Assembly: GCA_964057225.1 (NCBI GenBank)
Contig: OZ059900.1
Span: forward strand, 21,328,001-21,392,000
Direction: 5' to 3'
Source of the DNA: Auanema rhodensis
Lineage: Eukaryota; Animalia; Nematoda
Length of the DNA: 64,000 bases
Shown here: piece after piece, positions 38,201 to 51,930 of the stretch
Numbering within the stretch: position 1 is the stretch's first letter
How the letters are laid out: the number at the start of each line of letters is the position of its first letter
The notes under the pieces: generated by a model
Seen by the model: the letters and a program-made list of their open reading frames with translations, nothing else
Database searches by the model: none
Told to the model about the DNA's origin: nothing
Position numbers and translations under genes: made by a program

Positions 38201-41200
38201 CTTATGGCTAATATTGATTAAATCGATTTTTGTTCATATGAGTCGTCAAATGCAACGAATTTCAGCGTGTTACATACTAAAATGAAGCATTTTACATGCT
38301 GAACACTAGAAAAATACAAAAACACAGTATTTCCCATGAGAAATATTTTATTATGCTGGAAAACCAGTTTTTGGAAATTTCGCTGTAAACAAGGTTTTGA
38401 CTTACGATTTCATGTGTTCAAACTCATGCAATGTCAATGAAACCTAGCTCAAAATTGTTCCTACAACGTCTAGTTCCACTTTCACGACAAAAAAACAGGG
38501 GTTAGAAAATTAAGGAAATTAGCATATTCTGAGGGCACGCCCCTTATGGCTAATATTGATTAAATCGATTTTTGTTCATATGAGTCGTCAAATGCAACGA
38601 ATTTCAGCGTGTTACATACAATGAAGCATTTCACATGCTGAACACTAGAAAAATACAAAAACACAGTATTTCCCATGAGAAATATTTTATTATGCTGGAA
38701 AACCAGTTTTTGGAAATTTCGCTGTAAACAAGTTTTTGACTTACGATTTCATGTGTTCAAACTCATGCAATGTCAATGAAACCTAGCTCAAAATTGTTCC
38801 TACAACGTCTAGTTCCACTTTCACGACAAAAAAACAGGGGTTAGAAAATTAAGGAAATTAGCATATTCTGAGGGCACGCCTCTTATGGCTAATATTGATT
38901 AAATCGATTTTTGTTCATATGAGTCGTCAAATGCAACGAATTTCAGCGTGTTACATACTAAAATGAAGCATTTTACATGCTGAACACTATAAAATTACAA
39001 AAACACAGTATTTCCCATGAGAAATATTTTATTATGCTGGAAAACCAGTTTTTGGAATTTTCGCTGTAAACAAGGTTTTGACTTACGATTTCATGTGTTC
39101 AAACTCATGCAATGTCAATGAAACCTAGCTCAAAATTGTTCGTACAACGTCTAGTTCCACTTTCACGACAAAAAAACAGGGGTTAGAAAATTTAGGAAAT
39201 TAGCATATTCTGAGGGCACGCCCCTTATGGCTAATATTGATTAAATCGATTTTTGTTCATATGAGTCGTCAAATGCAACGAATTTCAGCGTGTTACATAC
39301 TAAAATGAAGTATTTTACATGCTGAACACTAGAAAAATACAAAAACACAGTATTTCCCATGAGAAATATTTTATTATGCTGGAAAACCAGTTTTTGGAAT
39401 TTTCGCTGTAAACAAGGTTTTGACTTACGATTTCATGTGTTCAAACTCATGCAATGTCAATGAAACCTAGCTCAAAATTGTTTGTACAACGTCTAGTTCC
39501 ACTTTCACGACAAAAAAACAGGGGTTAGAAAATTAAGGAAATTAGCATATTCTGAGGGCACGCCCCTTATGGCTAATATTGATTAAATCGATTTTTGTTC
39601 ATATGAGTAGTCAAATGCAACGAATTTCAGCGTGTTACATACTAAAATGAAGCATTTTACATGCTGAACACTAGAAAAATACAAAAACACAGTATTTCCC
39701 ATGAGAAATATTTTATTATGCTGGAAAACCAGTTTTTGGAATTTTCGCTGTAAACAAGGTTTTGACTTACGATTTCATGTGTTCAAACTCATGCAATGTC
39801 AATGAAACCTAGCTCAAAATTGTTCGTACAACGTCTAGTTCCACTTTCACGACAAAAAAACAGGGGTTAGAAAATTAAGGAAATTAGCATATTCTGAGGG
39901 CACGCCCCTTATGGCTAATATTGATTAAATCGATTTTTGTTCATATGAGTCGTCAAATGCAACGAATTTCAGCGTGTTACATACTAAAATGAAGCATTTC
40001 ACATGCTGAACACTAGAAGAATACAAAAACACAGTATTTCCCATGAGAAATATTTTATTATGCTGGAAAACCAGTTTTTGGAAATTTCGCTGTAAACAAG
40101 GTTTTGACTTACGATTTCATGTGTTCAAACTCATGCAATGTCAATGAAACCTAGCTCAAAATTGTTCGTACAACGTCTAGTTCCACTTTCACGACAAAAA
40201 AACAGGGGTTAGAAAATTTAGGAAATTAGCATATTCTGAGGGCACGCCCCTTATGGCTAATATTGATTAAATCGATTTTTGTTCATATGAGTCGTCAAAT
40301 GCAACGAATTTCAGCGTGTTACATACTAAAACGAAGTATTTTACATGCTGAACACTAGAAAAATACAAAAACACAGTATTTCCCATGAGAAATATTTTAT
40401 TATGCTGGAAAACCAGTTTTTGGAATTTTCGCTGTAAACAAGGTTTTGACTTACGATTTCATGTGTTCAAACTCATGCAATGTCAATGAAACCTAGCTCA
40501 AAATTGTTCGTACAACGTCTAGTTCCACTTTCACGACAAAAAAACAGGGGTTAGAAAATTAAGGAAATTAGCATATTCTGAGGGCACGCCTCTTATGGCT
40601 AATATTGATTAAATCGATTTTTGTTCATATGAGTCGTCAAATGCAACGAATTTCAGCGTGTTACATACTAAAATGAAGCATTTTACATGCTGAACACTAG
40701 AAAAATACAAAAACACAGTATTTCCCATGAGAAATATTTTATTATGCTGGAAAACCAGTTTTTGGAAATTTCGCTGTAAACAAGGTTTTGACTTACGATT
40801 TCATGTGTTCAAACTCATGCAATGTCAATGAAACCTAGCTCAAAACTGTTCCTACAACGTCTAGTTCCACTTTCACGACAAAAAAACAGGGGTTAGAAAA
40901 TTAAGGAAATTAGCATATTCTGAGGGCACGCCCCTTATGGCTAATATTGATTAAATCGATTTTTGTTCATATGAGTCGTCAAATGCAACGAATTTCAGCG
41001 TGTTACATACTAAAATGAAGCATTTTACATGCTGAACACTATAAAAATACAAAAACACAGTATTTCCCATGAGAAATATTTTATAATGCTGGAAAACCAG
41101 TTTTTGGAAATTTCGCTGTAAACAAGGTTTTGACTTACGATTTCATGTGTTCAAACTCATGCAATGTCAATGAAACCTAGCTCAAAATTGTTCCTACAAC

Positions 41201-42948
41201 GTCTAATTCCACTTTCACGACAAAAAAACAGGGGTTAGAAAATTAAGGAAATTAGCATATTCTGAGGGCACGCCCCTTATGGCTAATATTGATTAAATCG
41301 ATTTTTGTTCATATGAGTCGTCAAATGCAACGAATTTCAGCGTGTTACATACTAAAATGAAGCATTTTACATGCTGAACACTATAAAAATACAAAAACAC
41401 AGTATTTCCCATGAGAAATATTTTATTATGCTGGAAAACCAGTTTTTGGAAATTTCGCTGTAAACAAGGTTTTGACTTACGATTTCATGTGTTCAAACTC
41501 ATGCAATGTCAATGAAACCTAGCTCAAAATTGTTCCTACAACGTCTAGTTCCACTTTCACGACAAAAAACAGGGGTTAGAAAATTAAGGAAATTAGCATA
41601 TTCTGAGGGCACGCCCCTTATGGCTAATATTGATTAAATCGATTTTTGTTCATATGAGTCGTCAAATGCAACGAATTTCAGCGTGTTACATACTAAAATG
41701 AAGCATTTTACATGCTGAACACTAGAAAAATACAAAAACACAGTATTTCTCATGAGAAATATTTTATTATGCTGGAAAACCAGTTTTTGGAAATTTCGCT
41801 GTAAACAAGGTTTTGATTTACGATTTCATGTGTTCAAACTCATGCAATGTCAATGAAACCTAGCTCAAAATTGTTTGTACAACGTCTAGTTCCACTTTCA
41901 CGACAAAAAAACAGGGGTTAGAAAATTAAGGAAATTAGCATATTCTGAGGGCACGCCCCTTATGGCTAATATTGATTAAATCGATTTTTGTTCATATGAG
42001 TCGTCAAATGCAACGAATTTCAGCGTGTTACATACTAAAATGAAGCATTTTACATGCTGAACACTAGAAAAATACAAAAACACAGTATTTCCCATGAGAA
42101 ATATTTTATTATGCTGGAAAACCAGTTTTTGGAAATTTCGCTGTAAACAAGGTTTTGACTTACGATTTCATGTGTTCAAACTCATGCAATGTCAATGAAA
42201 CCTAGCTCAAAATTGTTCCTACAACGTCTAGTTCCACTTTCACGACAAAAAAACAGGGGTTAGAAAATTAAGGAAATTAGCATATTCTGAGGGCACGCCC
42301 CTTATGGCTAATATTGATTAAATCGATTTTTGTTCATATGAGTCGTCAAATGCAACGAATTTCAGCGTGTTACATACAATGAAGCATTTCACATGCTGAA
42401 CACTAGAAAAATACAAAAACACAGTATTTCCCATGAGAAATATTTTATTATGCTGGAAAACCAGTTTTTGGAAATTTCGCTGTAAACAAGTTTTTGACTT
42501 ACGATTTCATGTGTTCAAACTCATGCAATGTCAATGAAACCTAGCTCAAAATTGTTCCTACAACGTCTAGTTCCACTTTCACGACAAAAAAACAGGGGTT
42601 AGAAAATTAAGGAAATTAGCATATTCTGAGGGCACGCCTCTTATGGCTAATATTGATTAAATCGATTTTTGTTCATATGAGTCGTCAAATGCAACGAATT
42701 TCAGCGTGTTACATACTAAAATGAAGCATTTTACATGCTGAACACTATAAAATTACAAAAACACAGTATTTCCCATGAGAAATATTTTATTATGCTGGAA
42801 AACCAGTTTTTGGAATTTTCGCTGTAAACAAGGTTTTGACTTACGATTTCATGTGTTCAAACTCATGCAATGTCAATGAAACCTAGCTCAAAATTGTTCG
42901 TACAACGTCTAGTTCCACTTTCACGACAAAAAAACAGGGGTTAGAAAA
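35240..42948. repeat. Tandem duplication of an 11-monomer unit (3,758 bp)
   Basis: The GAATAC variant at 36261/40019, TTTTATAATG at 37321/41079, the 3-bp deletion context at 38611/42369 and AACACTATAAAATTAC at 38983/42741 are all 3,758 apart (11 x 342 minus 4, matching one 3-bp and one 1-bp deletion). Confidence 0.92.
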
Positions 42949-45900
42949 TTAAGGAAATTAGCATATTCTGAGGGCACGCCCCTTATGGCTAATATTGATT
43001 AAATCGATTTTTGTTCATATGAGTCGTCAAATGCAACGAATTTCAGCGTGTTACATACTAAAATGAAGCATTTTACATGCTGAACACTAGAAAAATACAA
43101 AAACACAGTATTTCCCATGAGAAATATTTTATTATGCTGGAAAACCAGTTTTTGGAAATTTCGCTGTAAACAAGGTTTTGACTTACGATTTCATGTGTTC
43201 AAACTCATGCAATGTCAATGAAACCTAGCTCAAAATTGTTCCTACAACGTCTAGTTCCACTTTCACGACAAAAAAACAGGGGTTAGAAAATTAAGGAAAT
43301 TAGCATATTCTGAGGGCACGCCTCTTATGGCTAATATTGATTAAATCGATTTTTGTTCATATGAGTCGTCAAATGCAACGAATTTCAGCGTGTTACATAC
43401 TAAAATGAAGCATTTTACATGCTGAACACTAGAAAAATACAAAAACACAGTATTTCCCATGAGAAATATTTTATTATGCTGGAAAACCAGTTTTTGGAAA
43501 TTTCGCTGTAAACAAGGTTTTGACTTACGATTTCATGTGTTCAAACTCATGCAATGTCAATGAAACCTAGCTCAAAACTGTTCCTACAACGTCTAGTTCC
43601 ACTTTCACGACAAAAAAACAGGGGTTAGAAAATTAAGGAAATTAGCATATTCTGAGGGCACGCCCCTTATGGCTAATATTGATTAAATCGATTTTTGTTC
43701 ATATGAGTCGTCAAATGCAACGAATTTCAGCGTGTTACATACTAAAATGAAGCATTTTACATGCTGAACACTATAAAAATACAAAAACACAGTATTTCCC
43801 ATGAGAAATATTTTATTATGCTGGAAAACCAGTTTTTGGAAATTTCGCTGTAAACAAGGTTTTGACTTACGATTTCATGTGTTCAAACTCATGCAATGTC
43901 AATGAAACCTAGCTCAAAATTGTTCCTACAACGTCTAATTCCACTTTCACGACAAAAAAACAGGGGTTAGAAAATTAAGGAAATTAGCATATTCTGAGGG
44001 CTTATGGCTAATATTGATTAAATCGATTTTTGTTCATATGAGTCGTCAAATGCAACGAATTTCAGCGTGTTACATACTAAAATGAAGCATTTTACATGCT
44101 GAACACTATAAAAATACAAAAACACAGTATTTCCCATGAGAAATATTTTATTATGCTGGAAAACCAGTTTTTGGAAATTTCGCTGTAAACAAGGTTTTGA
44201 CTTACGATTTCATGTGTTCAAACTCATGCAATGTCAATGAAACCTAGCTCAAAATTATTCCTACAACGTCTAGTTCCACTTTCACGACAAAAAACAGGGG
44301 TTAGAAAATTAAGGAAATTAGCATATTCTGAGGGCACGCCCCTTATGGCTAATATTGATTAAATCGATTTTTGTTCATATGAGTCGTCAAATGCAACGAA
44401 TTTCAGCGTGTTACATACTAAAATGAAGCATTTTACATGCTGAACACTAGAAAAATACAAAAACACAGTATTTCTCATGAGAAATATTTTATTATGCTGG
44501 AAAACCAGTTTTTGGAAATTTCGCTGTAAACAAGGTTTTGATTTACGATTTCATGTGTTCAAACTCATGCAATGTCAATGAAACCTAGCTCAAAATTGTT
44601 TGTACAACGTCTAGTTCCACTTTCACGACAAAAAAACAGGGGTTAGAAAATTAAGGAAATTAGCATATTCTGAGGGCACGCCCCTTATGGCTAATATTGA
44701 TTAAATCGATTTTTGTTCATATGAGTCGTCAAATGCAACGAATTTCAGCGTGTTACATACAATGAAGCATTTCACATGCTGAACACTAGAAAAATACAAA
44801 AACACAGTATTTCCCATGAGAAATATTTTATTATGCTGGAAAACCAGTTTTTGGAAATTTCGCTGTAAACAAGTTTTTGACTTACGATTTCATGTGTTCA
44901 AACTCATGCAATGTCAATGAAACCTAGCTCAAAATTGTTCCTACAACGTCTAGTTCCACTTTCACGACAAAAAAACAGGGGTTAGAAAATTAAGGAAATT
45001 AGCATATTCTGAGGGCACGCCTCTTATGGCTAATATTGATTAAATCGATTTTTGTTCATATGAGTCGTCAAATGCAACGAATTTCAGCGTGTTACATACT
45101 AAAATGAAGCATTTTACATGCTGAACACTATAAAATTACAAAAACACAGTATTTCCCATGAGAAATATTTTATTATGCTGGAAAACCAGTTTTTGGAAAT
45201 TTCGCTGTAAACAAGGTTTTGACTTACGATTTCATGTGTTCAAACTCATGCAATGTCAATGAAACCTAGCTCAAAATTGTTCCTACAACGTCTAGTTCCA
45301 CTTTCACGACAAAAAAACAGGGGTTAGAAAATTAAGGAAATTAGCATATTCTGAGGGCACGCCCCTTATGGCTAATATTGATTAAATCGATTTTTGTTCA
45401 TATGAGTCGTCAAATGAAACGAATTTCAGCGTGTTACATACTAAAATGAAGCATTTTACATGCTGAACACTATAAAAATACAAAAACACAGTATTTCCCA
45501 TGAGAAATATTTTATTATGCTGGAAAACCAGTTTTTGGAAAGTTCGCTGTAAATAAGGTTTTGACTTACGATTTCATGTGTTCAAACTCATGCAATGTCA
45601 ATGAAACCTAGCTCAAAATTGTTCCTACAACGTCTAGTTCCACTTTCACGACAAAAAACAGGGGTTAGAAAATTAAGGAAATTAGCATATTCTGAGGGCA
45701 CGCCCCTTATGGCTAATATTGATTAAATCGATTTTTGTTCATATGAGTGGTCAAATGCAACGAATTTCAGCGTGTTACATACTAAAATGAAGCATTTTAC
45801 ATGCTGAACACTAGAAAAATACAAAAACACAGTATTTCCCATGAGAAATATTTTATTATGCTGGAAAACCAGTTTTTGGAAATTTCGCTGTAAACAAGGT

Positions 45901-48699
45901 TTTGACTTACGATTTCATGTGTTCAAACTCATGCAATGTCAATGAAACCTAGCTCAAAATTGTTCCTACAACGTCTAGTTCCACTTTCACGACAAAAAAA
46001 CAGGGGTTAGAAAATTAAGGAAATTAGCATATTCTGAGGGCACGCCCCTTATGGCTAATATTGATTAAATCGATTTTTGTTCATATGAGTCGTCAAATGC
46101 AACGAATTTCAGCGTGTTACATACTAAAATGAAGCATTTCACATGCTGAACACTAGAAAAATACAAAAACACAGTATTTCCCATGAGAAATATTTTATTA
46201 TGCTGGAAAACCAGTTTTTGGAAATTTCGCTGTAAACAAGTTTTTGACTTACGATTTCATGTGTTCAAACTCATGCAATGTCAATGAAACCTAGCTCAAA
46301 ACTGTTCCTACAACGTCTAGTTCCACTTTCACGACAAAAAAACAGGGGTTAGAAAATTAAGGAAATTAGCATATTCTGAGGGCACGCCTCTTATGGCTAA
46401 TATTGATTAAATCGATTTTTGTTCATATGAGTCGTCAAATGCAACGAATTTCAGCGTGTTACATACTAAAATGAAGCATTTTACATGCTGAACACTACAA
46501 AATTACAAAAACACAGTATTTCCCATGAGAAATATTTTATTATGCTGGAAAACCAGTTTTTGGAAATTTCGCTGTAAACAAGGTTTTGACTTACGATTTC
46601 ATGTGTTCAAACTCATGCAATGTCAATGAAACCTAGCTCAAAATTGTTCCCACAACGTCTAGTTCCACTTTCACGACAAAAAACAGGGGTTAGAAAATTA
46701 AGGAAATTAGCATATTCTGAGGGCACGCCCCTTATGGCTAATATTGATTAAATCGATTTTTGTTCATATGAGTCGTCAAATGCAACGAATTTCAGCGTGT
46801 TACATACTAAAATGAAGCATTTTACATGCTGAACACTAGAAAAATACAAAAACACAGTATTTCCCATGAGAAATATTTTATTATGCTGGAAAACCAGTTT
46901 TTGGAAATTTCGCTGTAAACAAGGTTTTGACTTACGATTTCATGTGTTCAAACTCATGCAATGTCAATGAAACCTAGCTCAAAATTGTTCCTACAACGTC
47001 TAGTTCCACTTTCACGACAAAAAAACAGGGGTTAGAAAATTAAGGAAAATAGCATATTCTGAGGGCACGCCCCTTATGGCTAATATTGATTAAATCGATT
47101 TTTGTTCATATGAGTCGTCAAATGCAACGAATTTCAGCGTGTTACATACCAAAATGAAGCATTTCACATGCTGAACACTAGAAAAATACAAAAACACAGT
47201 ATTTCCCATGAGAAATATTTTATTATGCTGGAAAACCAGTTTTTGGAAATTTCGCTGTAAACAAGTTTTTGACTTACGATTTCATGTGTTCAAACTCATG
47301 CAATGTCAATGAAACCTAGCTCAAAACTGTTCCTACAACGTCTAGTTCCACTTTCACGACAAAAAAACAGGGGTTAGAAAATTAAGGAAATTAGCATATT
47401 CTGAGGGCACGCCTCTTATGGCTAATATTGATTAAATCGATTTTTGTTCATATGAGTCGTCAAATGCAACGAATTTCAGCGTGTTACATACTAAAATGAA
47501 GCATTTTACATGCTGAACACTACAAAATTACAAAAACACAGTATTTCCCATGAGAAATATTTTATTATGCTGGAAAACCAGTTTTTGGAAATTTCGCTGT
47601 AAACAAGGTTTTGACTTACGATTTCATGTGTTCAAACTCATGCAATGTCAATGAAACCTAGCTCAAAATTGTTCCTACAACGTCTTGTTCCACTTTCACG
47701 ACAAAAAAACAGGGGTTAGAAAATTAAGGAAATTAGCATATTCTGAGGGCACGCCCCTTATGGCTAATATTGATTAAATCGATTTTTGTTCATATGAGTC
47801 GTCAAATGCAACGAATTTCAGCGTGTTACATACTGAAATGAAGCATTTTACATGCTGAACACTATAAAAATACAAAAACACAGTATTTCCCATGAGAAAT
47901 ATTTTATTATGCTGGAAAACCAGTTTTTGGAAATTTCGCTGTAAACAAGGTTTTGACTTACGATTTCATGTGTTCAAACTCATGCAATGTCAATGAAACC
48001 TAGCTCAAAATTGTTCCTACAACGTCTAGTTCCACTTTCACGACAAAAAACAGGGGTTAGAAAATTAAGGAAATTAGCATATTCTGAGGGCACGCCCCTT
48101 ATGGCTAATATTGATTAAATCGATTTTTGTTCATATGAGTCGTCAAATGCAACGAATTTCAGCGTGTTACATACTAAAATGAAGCATTTTACATGCTGAA
48201 CACTATAAAATTACAAAAACACAGTATTTCCCATGAGAAATATTTTATTATGCTGGAAAACCAGTTTTTGGAAATTTCGCTGTAAACAAGGTTTTGACTT
48301 ACGATTTCATGTGTTCAAACTCATGCAATGTCAATGAAACCTAGCTCAAAATTGTTCCTACAACGTCTAGTTCCACTTTCACGACAAAAAAACAGGGGTT
48401 AGAAAATTAAGGAAATTAGCATATTCTGAGGGCACGCCCCTTATGGCTAATATTGATTAAATCGATTTTTGTTCATATGAGTCGTCAAATGCAACGAATT
48501 TCAGCGTGGTACATACTAAAATGAAGCATTTTACATGCTGAACACTATAAAAATACAAAAACACAGTATTTCCCATGAGAAATATTTTATTATGCTGGAA
48601 AACCAGTTTTTGGAAATTTCGCTGTAAACAAGGTTTTGACTTACGATTTCATGTGTTCAAACTCATGCAATGTCAATGAAACCTAGCTCAAAATTGTTC

Positions 48700-51600
48700 C
48701 TACAACGTCTAGTTCCACTTTCACGACAAAAAACAGGGGTTAGAAAATTAAGGAAATTAGCATATTCTGAGGGCACGCCCCTTATGGCTAATATTGATTA
48801 AATCGATTTTTGTTCATATGAGTCGTCAAATGCAACGAATTTCAGCGTGTTACATACTAAAATGAAGCATTTTACATGCTGAACACTAGAAAAATACAAA
48901 AACACAGTATTTCCCATGAGAAATATTTTATTATGCTGGAAAACCAGTTTTTGGAAATTTCGCTGTAAACAAGGTTTTGACTTACGATTTCATGTGTTCA
49001 AACTCATGCAATGTCAATGAAACCTAGCTCAAAATTGTTCCTACAACGTCTAGTTCCACTTTCACGACAAAAAAACAGGGGTTAGAAAATTAAGGAAATT
49101 AGCATATTCTGAGGGCACGCCCCTTATGGCTAATATTGATTAAATCGATTTTTGTTCATATGAGTCGTCAAATGCAACGAATTTCAGCGTGTTACATACA
49201 ATGAAGCATTTCACATGCTGAACACTAGAAAAATACAAAAACACAGTATTTCCCATGAAAAATATTTTATTATGCTGGAAAACCAGTTTTTGGAAATTTC
49301 GCTGTAAACAAGTTTTTGACTTACGATTTCATGTGTTCAAACTCATGCAATGTCAATGAAACCTAGCTCAAAATTGTTCCTACAACGTCTAGTTCCACTT
49401 TCACGACAAAAAAACAGGGGTTAGAAAATTAAGGAAATTAGCATATTCTGAGGGCACGCCTCTTATGGCTAATATTGATTAAATCGATTTTTGTTCATAT
49501 GAGTCGTCAAATGCAACGAATTTCAGCGTGTTACATACTAAAATGAAGCATTTTACATGCTGAACACTATAAAATTACAAAAACACAGTATTTCCCATGA
49601 GAAATATTTTATTATGCTGGAAAACCAGTTTTTGGAAATTTCGCTGTAAACAAGGTTTTGACTTACGATTTCATGTGTTCAAACTCATGCAATGTCAATG
49701 AAACCTAGCTCAAAATTGTTCCTACAACGTCTAGTTCCACTTTCACGACAAAAAAACAGGGGTTAGAAAATTAAGGAAATTAGCATATTCTGAGGGCACG
49801 CCCGTTATGGCTAATATTGATTAAATCGATTTTTGTTCATATGAGTCGTCAAATGAAACGAATTTCAGCGTGTTACATACTAAAATGAAGCATTTTACAT
49901 GCTGAACACTATAAAAATACAAAAACACAGTATTTCCCATGAGAAATATTTTATTATGCTGGAAAACCAGTTTTTGGAAAGTTCGCTGTAAATAAGGTTT
50001 TGACATACGATTTCATGTGTTCAAACTCATGCAATGTCAATGAAACCTAGCTCAAAATTGTTCGTACAACGTCTAGTTCCACTTTCACGACAAAAAAACA
50101 GGGGTTAGAAAATTAAGGAAATTAGCATATTCTGAGGGCACGCCCCTTATGGCTAGTATTGATTAAATCGATTTTTGTTCATATGAGTCGTCAAATGCAA
50201 CGAATTTCAGCGTGTTACATACTAAAATGAAGCATTTCACATGCTGAACACTAGAAAAATACAAAAACACAGTATTTCCCATGAGAAATATTTTATTATG
50301 CTGGAAAACCAGTTTTTGGAAATTTCGCTGTAAACAAGGTTTTGACTTACGATTTCATGTGTTCAAACTCATGCAATGTCAATGAAACCTAGCTCAAAAT
50401 TGGTCCTACAACGTCTAGTTCCACTTTCACGACAAAAAACAGGGGTTAGAAAATTAAGGAAATTAGCATATTCTGAGGGCACGCCCCTTATGGCTAATAT
50501 TGATTAAATCGATTTTTGTTCATATGAGTCGTCAAATGCAACGAATTTCAGCGTGTTACATACTAAAATGAAGCATTTTACATGCTGAACACTAGAAAAA
50601 TACAAAAACACAGTATTTCCCATGAGAAATATTTTATTATGCTGGAAAACCAGTTTTTGGAAATTTCGCTGTAAACAAGGTTTTGACTTACGATTTCATG
50701 TGTTCAAACTCATGCAATGTCAATGAAACCTAGCTCAAAATTGTTCCTACAACGTCTAGTTCCACTTTCACGACAAAAAAACAGGGGTTAGAAAATTAAG
50801 GAAATTAGCATATTCTGAGGGCACGCCCCTTATGGCTAATATTGATTAAATCGATTTTTGTTCATATGAGTCGTCAAATGCAACGAATTTCAGCGTGTTA
50901 CATACAATGAAGCATTTCACATGCTGAACACTAGAAAAATACAAAAACACAGTATTTCCCATGAGAAATATTTTATTATGCTGGAAAACCAGTTTTTGGA
51001 AATTTCGCTGTAAACAAGTTTTTGACTTACGATTTCATGTGTTCAAACTCATGCAATGTCAATGAAACCTAGCTCAAAATTGTTCCTACAACGTCTAGTT
51101 CCACTTTCACGACAAAAAAACAGGGGTTAGAAAATTAAGGAAATTAGCATATTCTGAGGGCACGCCTCTTATGGCTAATATTGATTAAATCGATTTTTGT
51201 TCATATGAGTCGTCAAATGCAACGAATTTCAGCGTGTTACATACTAAAATGAAGCATTTTACATGCTGAACACTATAAAATTACAAAAACACAGTATTTC
51301 CCATGAGAAATATTTTATTATGCTGGAAAACCAGTTTTTGGAAATTTCGCTGTAAACAAGGTTTTGACTTACGATTTCATGTGTTCAAACTCATGCAATG
51401 TCAATGAAACCTAGCTCAAAATTGTTCCTACAACGTCTAGTTCCACTTTCACGACAAAAAAACAGGGGTTAGAAAATTAAGGAAATTAGCATATTCTGAG
51501 GGCACGCCCGTTATGGCTAATATTGATTAAATCGATTTTTGTTCATATGAGTCGTCAAATGAAACGAATTTCAGCGTGTTACATACTAAAATGAAGCATT

Positions 51601-51930
51601 TTACATGCTGAACACTATAAAAATACAAAAACACAGTATTTCCCATGAGAAATATTTTATTATGCTGGAAAACCAGTTTTTGGAAAGTTCGCTGTAAATA
51701 AGGTTTTGACATACGATTTCATGTGTTCAAACTCATGCAATGTCAATGAAACCTAGCTCAAAATTGTTCGTACAACGTCTAGTTCCACTTTCACGACAAA
51801 AAAACAGGGGTTAGAAAATTAAGGAAATTAGCATATTCTGAGGGCACGCCCCTTATGGCTAGTATTGATTAAATCGATTTTTGTTCATATGAGTCGTCAA
51901 ATGCAACGAATTTCAGCGTGTTACATACTA
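48700..51930. repeat. Tandem duplication of a 5-monomer unit (1,706 bp)
   Basis: CCCGTTATGG at 49801/51507, ORF-bearing monomers at 49821/51527, GCTAGTATT at ~50152/51858 and the 3-bp deletion at ~49200/50906. Confidence 0.85.
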
